Part shown: positions 8,213-17,126 of the stretch, in pieces
How positions within the stretch are numbered: the first letter of the stretch is position 1
How the letters are laid out: every line of letters starts with the position of its first letter
Assembly (NCBI RefSeq): GCF_000020025.1
Contig: NC_010632.1
Location: 120,001-152,000 of the forward strand
Length of the DNA: 32,000 nucleotides
Direction of reading: 5' to 3'
From: Nostoc punctiforme PCC 73102
Lineage (GTDB): Bacteria; Cyanobacteriota; Cyanobacteriia; Cyanobacteriales; Nostocaceae
The notes under the pieces: generated by a model
Seen by the model: the letters and a program-made list of their open reading frames with translations, nothing else
What the model was told of the DNA's origin: nothing
Database searches by the model: none
Translations under genes and position numbers: made by a program

Positions 8213-8280
8213 AATTGCGAATTGTGAATTGTGAATTGCGAATTGCGAATTGCGAATTGCGAATTGCGAATTGCGAATTG
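8213..8280. repeat. Heptanucleotide tandem array: 9 units of AATTGCG (two are AATTGTG) plus a partial unit
   Basis: Read directly from the sequence. It is inverted relative to 7880-7904. Cyanobacterial STRR-like. Confidence 0.9.
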
Positions 8281-8452
8281 TTTATGGTGATAGGCCACCG
8301 ATTCGTATTGTCCAGGGCATTCAACTGATTAACGATTGCTGGTTTTACAGTATCGAATGGATATCACCTGCTATATCGGAAAAAGGTGACGAGGTTTTTA
8401 CATCCAGAGATTCCATTGCACGGGTAACTGATTACGATTTGGAGCGTGTGCG

Positions 8453-8901
8453 ATGACAATCTATACCTTATATTATCGTGGCGAAATCCGAGGTGAGGGG
8501 ATCTCCATCTCACTTTATCCTCCACACAATTGGAAGGGTTTGCACCTGCCTCTCTTTGCCCCAACTCCAGAACTGCTCAAGTGGTGGAAAGCCTCTGCCC
8601 AGGATGCTGAAGCTGAACTTGAGTACGAGCGCCAGTTTCTGCTGATTCTTCACCTCCCGGCGGCAATTGATTGATCTTTGGGTAAGAAAGCAGCGCAACT
8701 CAGACGCAGATATTACGCTGTGCTGCGCGTGAAAAAACCGAAGACTTTTGCCATCGCCACATCGTCGGGCAGGGGGTGGTACTGCGTGATCTGCCAGAGT
8801 TATGGGGTGGTGAAGTTGCAGCAGCTAATCAAATGTCCACAAATTGTAGACAAAATAAGGGTAACGAGTTAGTTGATTTACGAACTATAAAGCCAAAATG
8901 A
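8453..8901 (+). pseudogene. DUF488-like protein gene with two +1 frame changes
   Basis: Frame 2 reads MTIYTLYYRG..ISISLYPP..LFAPTPELLKWWK. Frame 0 reads SRRQLIDLWVRKQRNSDADITLCCA*. Frame 1 reads REKTEDFCHRHIVGQGVVLRDLPELWGGEV...*. Together these reproduce the DUF488 pattern (..isIS..P...LaP...l....LLC.E....FCHRh.v). Confidence 0.5.
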
Positions 8902-9144
8902 ATACTACTGTGAACATCTACTCATGATTGACTTTCAAATGGAATCGATAGCAGATATCAAGTAGCTTATCTGTAAAAGCCTCAATTGAAAGACCTTGTA
9001 CGCGCCTTTGTACGGTATCGCACAGAATTCTTAGTCCGAATGTGTGTAATATAGAAACAGTCACCTATAAAGTCCGAGAGATTTTAAGCCGTAACTCTTA
9101 AATATTTCCTCACAAATGCTAGCTACTTCATTGATACATTAGGG

Positions 9145-9564
9145 TTATAAACAAGGCGATTGCCGTAAGGTTGCTTGAACATATTTTATTAATACATCCG
9201 GCTCAACAGGCTTTCGGATAAATCCATCCACCTTCACATCAATTTCTTTCCGAAAAAATTCCCTTTCATCAGCTGTGATCAATACAATAGGTAGAGATTC
9301 TAAAAGAGGATTATTTTTAATGTGGTGAACTACTTCGTACCCATTCATAACAGGTATCATTACATCCAGTAGAAGTAGAGCAGGTCTTTTAGATTCTAAA
9401 AAAGCAAGTGCTGCTGCTCCCGAATCGACAGTTTCAACTTGATAACCCTCTATTTCTAAGACTGTTTGAAGGAAAAAGCAGTTATCAAAAATATCATCAC
9501 AAACTAGAATCAGCTTACTAGCATTACAGCACTTCCGGCTCTTATGAAGCACAATTTTACCCAT
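9145..9564 (-). CDS. Single-domain response regulator (CheY-like receiver)
   Basis: ILVCDD...LLLLDVMIPVMNGYEV...PIVLITA...FIRKPV contains the canonical receiver-domain acidic pocket, the phospho-Asp position and the K-P motif. Confidence 0.85.
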   Translation of the reverse strand: MGKIVLHKSRKCCNASKLILVCDDIFDNCFFLQTVLEIEGYQVETVDSGAAALAFLESKRPALLLLDVMIPVMNGYEVVHHIKNNPLLESLPIVLITADEREFFRKEIDVKVDGFIRKPVEPDVLIKYVQATLRQSPCL

Positions 9565-9872
9565 ATCCCTTTTCTATCCTAACTTTTGAGACTGTGTGCG
9601 TACCTCATAACAGACGCAAGTGCTGTATCTTGCTTGACTTCCTTTTTCATTTCCATGTTTAAATAAAGACTAAACCATTGTTTAATCACTTGTAGCTAAA
9701 TACATAATTCTTTTCGTCTTACCTTGGTATTAGTTACTACATAAGAATCTGCATAAGTATTTATCAGGAAAGTCGGGGGCAGTTCTTAATAGGGGCTCAG
9801 TTGGGAATACTGCACTTTTGCTATGCTCAGTGCAAACTTTCTGCTCTCTGCCGCGATCGCTAGCGAACTTGC

Positions 9873-9912
9873 GGTTTAAAACCCCCACAAAACTGGAATT
9901 TTTGGTGGCTCT
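9873..9912. repeat. Short hairpin repeat, copy B
   Basis: GGTTTAAAACCCCCACAAAACTGGAATTTTTGGTGGCTCT differs from copy A at only a few positions. Confidence 0.7.
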
Positions 9913-10152
9913 GGTTAATACCAATTCACAATACAACTCTTGGAGAGGCTATGCTTAGGGCGTAGCTATGCCGCAGGCTTTACGGCTGCGCCCTTCTCCT
10001 GTCGCAGACGCTATGCGTAGCTTGCTTCCACAAAGTGGTACGACTACGCTCACGCTGAACTCAGTACAAGGAGATCAATTCGCAATAGGCTACGCCTATA
10101 GGTAGATAAATTAAAAATTTTCTCTCTTGTTTAGTATTTATTATTACGTCCC

Positions 10153-10492
10153 TTCGTTTACATATAATTCGTTTGGTATGTAATATTCTTCAGCTAAAGT
10201 TTTGTACTTTATGCAAAAAGAACTATAAACGAATGGCACTAAGTTAAACGTAAACCCTACCCCCAACAAGATAGCCCTGACAAGTTTTCTTAGTGACATT
10301 CAACTATAAACCTTGAAAACTGTATCCTATAAGGATTAGAGACAATAAACCAAGCCCAACACAATCCTATCAGTTGTATGCGTGTAAACCAATGGTTATC
10401 AAAATCTGGTCAAGCGTTGCACCATTACCCCAAGGAAGCAATCGTAGGCTGTGGAGAGCGGTTGTGGCAAGGGCAAAGGTGAAGGCGATCGC
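10153..10492 (+). ncRNA. Conserved intergenic element copy 2: candidate promoter plus structured RNA, with an insertion of about 90 nt
   Basis: It has TTTACA (10157-10162), an 18-nt spacer and TAATAT (10181-10186). It is homologous to 4571-4830. The stem CAATCGT/GCGGTTG (10439-10445/10458-10464) keeps pairing through two G-U wobbles, but only if the + strand is transcribed. Confidence 0.4.
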
Positions 10493-10578
10493 ATGAAGGA
10501 ACTGGGCAAAAGCTCAATCACCACAGGCACTTTGTAACTTTGTAACTTGTCGCAGACATCACTTCCTAAACACTTGGC

Positions 10579-10695
10579 TCAAGTGGCTCGCCCGCTCATT
10601 GCTAACATGGCCAGGATGATCTGGTTCAATTGCCGCATTGTTGTAGCGTTTATCTGCGGTAGCAAGCATTGTAAGAGTGATAAGATGTCTGGCAT
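10579..10695 (-). pseudogene. Transposase N-terminal remnant (38 codons)
   Basis: MPDILSLLQCLLPQINATTMRQLNQIILAMLAMSGRAT* resembles, from memory, the N-terminus of a cyanobacterial IS4-like transposase family (..AMLAMSGRVTMLG..). It ends in a premature stop and I could not find a downstream continuation. Confidence 0.4.
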
Positions 10696-11110
10696 GGGTG
10701 GCTTGCAGTTTTTGAGTTGTCGTTGTGAGAGACAATAACTCTACTACGAAGCGCCCTACCTCTTCATGCTCTTATTTTGGCTAAGGTATTGTTAGAAGAA
10801 CCACAAAGGACGCACAGGAAGAGAAAAAAAGAGAAATTGAAAAATTGATTCATACCTAAAATTTTTATTGACAGACTAATACCATGACTAGGAGCGAGCG
10901 TAATGAGTATCCAGCATCATCTGTTTTCCTATGAATTTGTACTCTTAACAGTAAAATTTACGGATTTTTTCTCGCCTAGATTTAACATTGAGATAAGTAT
11001 CCCTTTACCCCTTAACTTTTTTCCCACTTCTGCAAGAAGTCTAATATACTTTTTAATCTTTACATAGTTTTTTCATAAACATATCTTAACATTTTGCCAA
11101 TATCATTAGC

Positions 11111-11409
11111 TATCTAGTTATTTATCAAGTTGACAATAAGCCCAAAAAATATTTAGCAGTAAACCAAATACCAAATATAGGATTTACGCACTAGATAAAT
11201 GGAATATTTGATGAATTAACTAATATTAGTTGTTTCAGATTTTTGGGAACTACTTTTAAATGAGTGGTAATTGGACGTGTTACTCATTGAATGTTTTCCT
11301 TGCTTATGCTGCGACAAATCGAAGGTTAGTTAATATCTAAAATTCCTACTGTATATCTAGTGAGTTCTGTCCATGCGTAATTCTTAAGTGACTAGATAAT
11401 AACTAGATT
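11111..11409. promoter_or_regulatory. Cluster of five ACTAGATA/ACTAGATT motifs upstream of the RTX-phosphodiesterase gene
   Basis: ACTAGATA occurs at 11190-11197 (+), 11391-11398 (+), 11111-11118 (-) and 11354-11361 (-). ACTAGATT occurs at 11402-11409 (+). The last two are direct repeats 11 bp apart, 32-50 nt upstream of ATG 11441. Confidence 0.4.
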
Positions 11410-11440
11410 TAGATATTTACTTCCAAATTCAGAGGAATTT

Positions 11441-14400
11441 ATGGCATCTACAACCATTTTTACTCCTGGCAATCTATTGGTTAGCCGTAGTGTATATACT
11501 GGCACGGCTTCAACAGTAACTTTTCCTGGGACATTGCCAAACGGAGTAGCGTCAGTTGCTGATGGCACATATCCGAATGTATTTTCAAACGAAAGCGTAG
11601 ATGGTAGTTTTGGTGTAACTTCGCCGATTTTTCTCGATCAAGTTACGCCCTCTGGGACATTAGTCAACTTTGAAAATGTGACGCAGACAGTAAGCAACCA
11701 GCTTGGGAAAAACTTGTCTACCAGCTTCCCATCTAAGTCAGAGTTAGCACTGAACTTAACTCCAGATGGTACGGGTGTTACATTCGTGTCATATCTAGCT
11801 GCATCAAACACACTAGACGTATCAAACTCGAACACACCCGGACACGTAGACAATACTAACCCCGTATCAAGCGTCGGCACAATTCAACGTGCAATTACTC
11901 AAATTGATAGCAATGGTAACGTTGTCGATCTAACTCCAATCAATGCCTATAGCGGAAATAACGGTCGCGCTGGTCTTTTGGGTAGTAATGGTCTTTACTA
12001 TACAGTAGGAAATGCTGGCAATGGAGGTAGTATTTCTATTGCTGGAGCGACCACTACTGAAGGCAGCACAACGATCGGGACTACCGATATCACTGGTTTG
12101 GTTGTAGGACAAGCGATCGCCGGAAGCAATATTCCCGCAACTGATGCCAATGGTGTTCCTGTGACTGTGGTTTCTACTGACCCAACCACTAATACTTTCG
12201 TCATTAGTGCGCCGGCTACAGTTACCGGTGTCGATGCCAAAGCAAAGATTATCCAAACAGGTACTACACTATCTGATTTAAGCGCCAACACTGGTGTACA
12301 AGCAATCCAACCTGGAGATACAACAGGTAATACAACTGTAGTTGGGATAGAAAAAGGCTCTGTAGGATCTACCACTGGTAATCAGTATGGTTTCTCAATC
12401 ACTGATTTACCAGGTATTACCACTGGGGATAAAACAGGTAAAGACGACAACTTCCGTGGTCTGACACTGAACCCCTATGATAACTCCCTTTACGTCTCCA
12501 AAGGCAGTGGTAGTAATGGAGTCAACACTGTCTACAAAGTGACTCCAACTAGCGGTACTCTTCCTACCCTTGACAATGCGAGTACTGCTAGCATCACTAT
12601 TTTGCCTGGTTTCCCAACGGATTTAGCAAATGGTTCGACCAACTTCTATCCCTTTGGGCTGTGGTTTGCCAATCCGACAACCTTGTATGTTGCTGATGAA
12701 GGCGCTGGAATCAAAAATGAGAAATCAGCTGCCGATCTGCTTCTAGCTGCAAACGATGCTAATGCTGGTTTGTCAAAGTGGAGTTTGGCTAATGGCACAT
12801 GGCATCTAGACTACACTTTACAAAATGGCTTGAATCTTGGTCAAGATTACAGTTCTAGCGTTGCTGATGGGCCTAACGGAGAAATTTATTCTGCTCCAAC
12901 TGCTACTGCTGGTCTTCGTAACATTACAGGTCAAGTTAATGGTGACGGAACTGTGACAATTTATGGTGTAACTTCAACAGTTAGCACCCAAACCGATCAG
13001 GGTGCAGACCCAAATAAAGTTGTGGCAATTACTGATCTGGTGTCAGCGACGAATTTACCCATAACCGAAAGCTTTAACACAGTAGAGTCAGCCAAATACG
13101 GTGAAGTCCTTCGCGGTGTTTCCTTCACACCCTCGTCAACACCTGTTTCTCCACCAGTTGTTTCTACCCAACCTCCGGCAAGTCCTACCTTTAATCATGT
13201 TCTAATTATTTCCATTGATGGATTACACAACTCTGACCTCTCAGTTGCTAATCTGCAATCTTCTTTAAGCAATATCAAGCGTTTGCAAGGCGAAGGTGTT
13301 ACCTACACCAATGCTTTCACCTCTGCACCCTCTGACTCCTTCCCTGGCGAACTAAACTATATCACTGGTGCGAATCCTGGCACGACTGGTGTATTTTATG
13401 ACAAATCCTACAGTCGCACCTTGTATGCTCCAGGTACTACTGCTGCTGAAATCGCCGCCGGTACTGCTAAACCGGGTACTGGTGTGGAATTTGCCGAAAA
13501 CGTTGATGCATCTTGGGCTGCTGGTGGTACTTTAGATGGTGGTCAAGGGTTTGATACCAGTCAACTGCCTGTTGATAGCAATGGCAACCCTGTTTATCCC
13601 AACCAATACCTCAAGGTCAATACAATTTTTGATGTGGCTAACGCGGCTGGACTGAGTACTGCTTGGTCTGACAAGCATCCCGCAGCTTATACAATTCTTG
13701 CTGGACCGTCTTCAGATCCCACGCAGTTTAATTTTGCTACGGGAAAGGTTGGTAGTATCGACGATTACTCTTCCCTAGAAATTAATGCCGCAGTAGCGAT
13801 CGATCCAACTAAGCCCGGTACTCTCCCAACTAGCACGGGTGCTTTAGTCGATCAGTCAACAGGGACTCCTTACTCCAATACCAACCCTGATATTACATCC
13901 AATTTCTTTAACGACGCGACAAAGGGTAATCCGGCTCTGTTTAAGGCTCCACCCACTGGTTTTAGCGCGAATCAGTTCACCAGTGTGGCAACAACCTCCG
14001 CCTACGACGATCTCAAGGTTAAGCAAATACTCAACGAGATCGATGGCTTTAACGCTGCGGGGACGACAAAAGTTGACACTCCAGCAATTTTTGGCTTGAA
14101 TTTACAAGCTGTGAGTGTAGCCGAGAAAGAGCCAGCTACTCAATTTAACGGTGGCGGGATTGACGCTAATGGAAATGCTCGTCCCGATCTGGTAACGGCA
14201 ATCGATCATACCGATCAGAGCATTGGTCTGATTTTGGATGAATTACAAAAGCAAGGATTGGACAGTTCAACTCTGGTGGTTTTAACCGCCAAGCACGGAC
14301 AAAACCCAGTCCAAGATCCTACCGTTGGTTTGAATAGTACATTTGATAGTGTGACTGGTGCTGTCGGTGGTGATGGCAACCTGACTGCTTTTGGCGCACT

Positions 14401-15703
14401 TCTCGCACAGAATGGTATTCAGCTTGATGCTGAGAGAGGTGGCGATACTTCATCCTTGCTCTTCTTGAAGAATCCATCCGATGTTCAAAAAGCTGTAGCA
14501 CTACTGAATGATAAGAATTACTCATTTGATAGTGCGATCGATCCAAATACCGGGGTGGCCTTTTCTACAGAGGATGCTGCTGCTCAGGGAACGGTACTGT
14601 ATGGTCAAGGGATTATCAATGCCGGATTGGGAGATCCAGCAACCAGCGATCGCACTCCTGATATTGTTGTCGAACTCAATAATGGCTACTTTTTTGGTAA
14701 TGCTACCAAGAAACGTGCAGAGCATGGTGGATTTACTGATGCTGACACTCATGTAGCCTTGATTGCTGGTAGTAGTGGATTAGCCAGCAGTCTCCAAGGG
14801 ACGACCAACACTCAAACCGTTTCTACTACCCAAATTGCCCCGACTACACTACAGTCTCTAGGCTTAGATCCTAACCAACTTCAAGGTGTGCAGATTGACG
14901 GAACTCAGTTATTACCTGGCTTAACCCAGCCAGCACCAGACATCACATTTGGTTCAACTAATAGCGATGATGTCACCGTCAACTCCAACCAAATTCTCTT
15001 TGCTGGTAACGGCGCAGATACAGTAGAATCTGCCAATCCTAACACCACAGTTATGGCGGGTAACGGTGATGATACGGTGTTTGTAGGCAGTGACTCTTCA
15101 GTGTTTGGCAATGATGGCAACGATCAAGTCTTTGTTGGTGCAGACGGTCAAGCTGGTAATACCAATGTTGATGGTGGAAATGGTAATGATACCATCACCG
15201 TAGTAGAAGCCAAAGCAGATAATAATCTGTTTGGTGGTGCTGGTAATGACAACCTCCAAGTAGTTGAGGGTTCTGGACAATTCCTGTTTGGGGGTTCCAA
15301 CGATGATACTCTCCGTAGTGGTGGCAGTAATAACCGTCTCTATGGTGGTTCTGGAAATGATACACTTTACGCCAATCACAATGATTTTCTGTCTGGTGGC
15401 GATGGTGACGATCACCTATTTACTGGTAATGGAGGTGGAAATCGCCTGACTGGTGGCGCTGGTGCTGACCAATTCTGGATTGCCAATGCCGGACTACCAA
15501 CCAGCAAGAATATTGTTACCGACTTCATTCCAGGAGTTGATCTGTTGGGAATTGGCGGTATTGCTAGTGCTACTAAATTCAGCGATCTAACGCTGTCACA
15601 AGTTGGCAGTGATACCTTACTGAAGGTAGGATCTACTGAATTAGTTTCACTGCTAGGTGTAACATCTAGTACGCTGACTGCTAACAACTTTACTTTCGCT
15701 TAG
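11441..15703 (+). CDS. Large secreted multidomain protein: unknown N-terminal domain, type I phosphodiesterase/nucleotide pyrophosphatase-like domain, and RTX Ca-binding repeats
   Basis: 1420 aa with no Sec-type signal peptide. A P/S/T linker ([20 protein letters not shown]) follows the N-terminal domain. [43 protein letters not shown] and [13 protein letters not shown] form an alkaline-phosphatase-superfamily (NPP-like) core at about 13190-14770. At least 9 GGxGxD-type nonapeptides ([40 protein letters not shown] and others) lie at about 15000-15480. Confidence 0.85.
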   Translation: MASTTIFTPGNLLVSRSVYTGTASTVTFPGTLPNGVASVADGTYPNVFSNESVDGSFGVTSPIFLDQVTPSGTLVNFENVTQTVSNQLGKNLSTSFPSKSELALNLTPDGTGVTFVSYLAASNTLDVSNSNTPGHVDNTNPVSSVGTIQRAITQIDSNGNVVDLTPINAYSGNNGRAGLLGSNGLYYTVGNAGNGGSISIAGATTTEGSTTIGTTDITGLVVGQAIAGSNIPATDANGVPVTVVSTDPTTNTFVISAPATVTGVDAKAKIIQTGTTLSDLSANTGVQAIQPGDTTGNTTVVGIEKGSVGSTTGNQYGFSITDLPGITTGDKTGKDDNFRGLTLNPYDNSLYVSKGSGSNGVNTVYKVTPTSGTLPTLDNASTASITILPGFPTDLANGSTNFYPFGLWFANPTTLYVADEGAGIKNEKSAADLLLAANDANAGLSKWSLANGTWHLDYTLQNGLNLGQDYSSSVADGPNGEIYSAPTATAGLRNITGQVNGDGTVTIYGVTSTVSTQTDQGADPNKVVAITDLVSATNLPITESFNTVESAKYGEVLRGVSFTPSSTPVSPPVVSTQPPASPTFNHVLIISIDGLHNSDLSVANLQSSLSNIKRLQGEGVTYTNAFTSAPSDSFPGELNYITGANPGTTGVFYDKSYSRTLYAPGTTAAEIAAGTAKPGTGVEFAENVDASWAAGGTLDGGQGFDTSQLPVDSNGNPVYPNQYLKVNTIFDVANAAGLSTAWSDKHPAAYTILAGPSSDPTQFNFATGKVGSIDDYSSLEINAAVAIDPTKPGTLPTSTGALVDQSTGTPYSNTNPDITSNFFNDATKGNPALFKAPPTGFSANQFTSVATTSAYDDLKVKQILNEIDGFNAAGTTKVDTPAIFGLNLQAVSVAEKEPATQFNGGGIDANGNARPDLVTAIDHTDQSIGLILDELQKQGLDSSTLVVLTAKHGQNPVQDPTVGLNSTFDSVTGAVGGDGNLTAFGALLAQNGIQLDAERGGDTSSLLFLKNPSDVQKAVALLNDKNYSFDSAIDPNTGVAFSTEDAAAQGTVLYGQGIINAGLGDPATSDRTPDIVVELNNGYFFGNATKKRAEHGGFTDADTHVALIAGSSGLASSLQGTTNTQTVSTTQIAPTTLQSLGLDPNQLQGVQIDGTQLLPGLTQPAPDITFGSTNSDDVTVNSNQILFAGNGADTVESANPNTTVMAGNGDDTVFVGSDSSVFGNDGNDQVFVGADGQAGNTNVDGGNGNDTITVVEAKADNNLFGGAGNDNLQVVEGSGQFLFGGSNDDTLRSGGSNNRLYGGSGNDTLYANHNDFLSGGDGDDHLFTGNGGGNRLTGGAGADQFWIANAGLPTSKNIVTDFIPGVDLLGIGGIASATKFSDLTLSQVGSDTLLKVGSTELVSLLGVTSSTLTANNFTFA

Positions 15704-15716
15704 TATTGTGGTTTAG

Positions 15717-15817
15717 CCCCTGACTGTCTGATTAGTACACAACACAAATTTGAAAGCTTAAACCCTACTAAAATTGTTAGTGGATAAGCTTAAACATACC
15801 AATTAGACAGTCAGGGG
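15717..15817. terminator. Long inverted repeat between convergent genes (possible bidirectional terminator)
   Basis: CCCCTGACTGTCTGATT (15717-15733) pairs with AATTAGACAGTCAGGGG (15801-15817): 17 bp with one G-U position and a 67-nt loop. The loop contains an inner AAGCTTA/TAAGCTT palindrome. The structure starts 14 nt after the stop of the 1420-aa gene. Confidence 0.35.
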
Positions 15818-16016
15818 TTGTCAGTGGTTCGGGAGCTAAGGCTTGGGCAAGGTTTGCGATGTGCTGGTCGAGTTCGGCTTGAACTTTGGTTTGTTCGTCA
15901 GCGATTTTGTGAGCCTCAAATTCAGCATCTACAGTCATGTATCGATTCTCTTCGATAAAGCTGGATAGATTTGTACGAAGGCCTTCTAGAAAAAAAGTAA
16001 GTTCTGGAAAATCCAC
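15777..16016 (-). CDS. Hypothetical protein (79 aa)
   Basis: ATG ORF with an acidic, helical-looking sequence and no recognised family. Its 3' end overlaps one arm of the inverted repeat. Confidence 0.3.
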   Translation of the reverse strand: MDFPELTFFLEGLRTNLSSFIEENRYMTVDAEFEAHKIADEQTKVQAELDQHIANLAQALAPEPLTTPDCLIGMFKLIH

Positions 16017-16194
16017 TTCATTCTCGTAACCAATACACGAACATAATTTCTCTATTTTTAGCCTTTATTTTCCTTAACCGAGCAATATTAAGAGTAATTT
16101 AAATGCTCTTGCCCTGGCTAAAATCTTTTCTAGTTCTTGACTTTTCATGTCTATTGTAGAGTCAAATAGTTAAGATTTCAAGAGGCTTTACGTC

Positions 16195-16506
16195 ATGAAA
16201 ATTTCGACAAAAATTGTTCTGTCAACAGTTTTTATAGGTATTTTGGGGTTTGGTAGTTTTACACGAGCAACTTATGGCAATCAATTACCATCTCAACTTT
16301 TAGCTACACAGCAATATAAAAGCGGTATCAAACTCGCTGAAGCTGATAGCCCTAATGATCGTGACAGCAGTCATGAAGATGGGGATACAGAAGCTAGTGA
16401 TGTTAGAAGAGTGCCTATTACAAAGATCCATAGAATCACCCATACTAAACATCAAAACATACATCATCAAAAATCTCATCATGCAAGGAGGCATCACACT
16501 AAGTAA
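16195..16506 (+). CDS. Secreted small protein with a histidine-rich C-terminus
   Basis: The N-terminal signal-like segment is MKISTKIVLSTVFIGILGFGSFTRA. The C-terminal 25 residues (HRITHTKHQNIHHQKSHHARRHHTK) contain 10 His. Confidence 0.55.
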   Translation: MKISTKIVLSTVFIGILGFGSFTRATYGNQLPSQLLATQQYKSGIKLAEADSPNDRDSSHEDGDTEASDVRRVPITKIHRITHTKHQNIHHQKSHHARRHHTK

Positions 16507-17126
16507 CAGCGCTTTATTTTCACTGCCATAGGTAAGGGGAAAAGGTATTAGTTTTTAATCCCTGCCCCCTTTCCCCAGCCTCTTCGTTAGACCAGAATAA
16601 GTAGCTAGACGTAAATAAATTAAAGTTTGTAGTCAGGACTTTAGTCGTAATAATCCTTGCTTTGAGCGATAAATCGCTCACTACTAACTAGGATTTTACT
16701 TTATGTTTAATTATGCCTACCTACTTAATTAATGCCCAACCTTTCAAATACAAATTAATTCCCCAATCAATTCTGCCGCCCGCTCTCCATATTTTTTCTG
16801 AACATCATTGTTATATGGCAAGTTACCTTCACTCAAAAAATCGCTCCTAAATAGAGAAAAATTTAATCCTCTCTTTGAGTTCACCTATTCTACCAGTTCA
16901 ATACCAAACAAGGATTTAAATTCGTCTTCTCTTTGTTTTATATCTGAATATTTAGTTAGGTTGTTTTGTTGAAAGATTGGGCTGACTGCCTCGTTAAACA
17001 TACAAGAATAATATTGCTCCACACCACCATACATAAACCCATACAGGTTGTCAAATCTTGGCGATTAACCGCCCTTTCTAGTGGCATCGCTTTTTTAGTT
17101 CTCTGACAAAATGCTAAGTTTTCTTA

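Larger units (their letters stand above)
7817..8456 (+). pseudogene. Small ORF interrupted by a heptamer-array-flanked four-helix-bundle cassette
   Basis: An AGGAGG RBS precedes ATG 7817 (MINQVPNLETCWYLSPPWGQT), and the ORF then runs into the AATTCGC array. Coding resumes after the second array (VYGDRPPIRIVQGIQLINDCWFYSIEW...LERVR*) with no start codon of its own outside the repeat. Confidence 0.35.

Noticed and set aside
7880-8280. A CRISPR array suggested by the repetitive GCGAATT tracts
   Set aside because: The repeat unit is only 7 nt and strictly tandem, with no spacers. These are STRR-type heptamer arrays. No cas genes are present.
9730-9936. ORF 9730-9936 (- strand, 68 aa)
   Set aside because: It spans hairpin repeat copy B and a HIP1 site in repeat-derived intergenic DNA, and has no RBS or family resemblance.
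4571-10492. A diversity-generating retroelement: an Avd-like four-helix-bundle gene (7925-8212) together with two homologous repeats that might be a TR/VR pair
   Set aside because: The window contains no reverse transcriptase. Differences between the two repeats include indels and T/C and G/A changes in both directions rather than adenine-specific substitutions. Neither repeat lies at the 3' end of a plausible variable-protein gene.
10740-11440. A Pho-box (tandem PyTTAAPyPy(T/A) repeats) upstream of the phosphodiesterase gene
   Set aside because: I found isolated TTAA-containing octamers but no set of correctly spaced tandem repeats. The ACTAGATA cluster is the only clearly non-random motif there.
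11638-15687. Antisense and alternative-frame ORFs inside the 1420-aa gene (11638-11880, 11930-12256, 11998-12375, 14319-14546, 14508-14756, 14522-14752, 14905-15120, 15098-15415, 15264-15449, 15412-15687)
   Set aside because: They lie entirely within a long, well-supported coding frame and have low-complexity or odd compositions. They are typical shadow ORFs of repeat-rich, GGT/GAT-rich sequence.
16744-17064. A - strand 107-codon frame (..FDNLYGFMYGGVEQYYSCMFNEAV..LVE*VNSKRGLNFSLFRSDFLSEGNLPYNNDVQKKYGERAAELIGE..) as a gene or pseudogene
   Set aside because: It contains an in-frame TAG at 16885-16887, has no clear start, and I cannot assign it to any family. It may be a relic, but the evidence is too weak to annotate.
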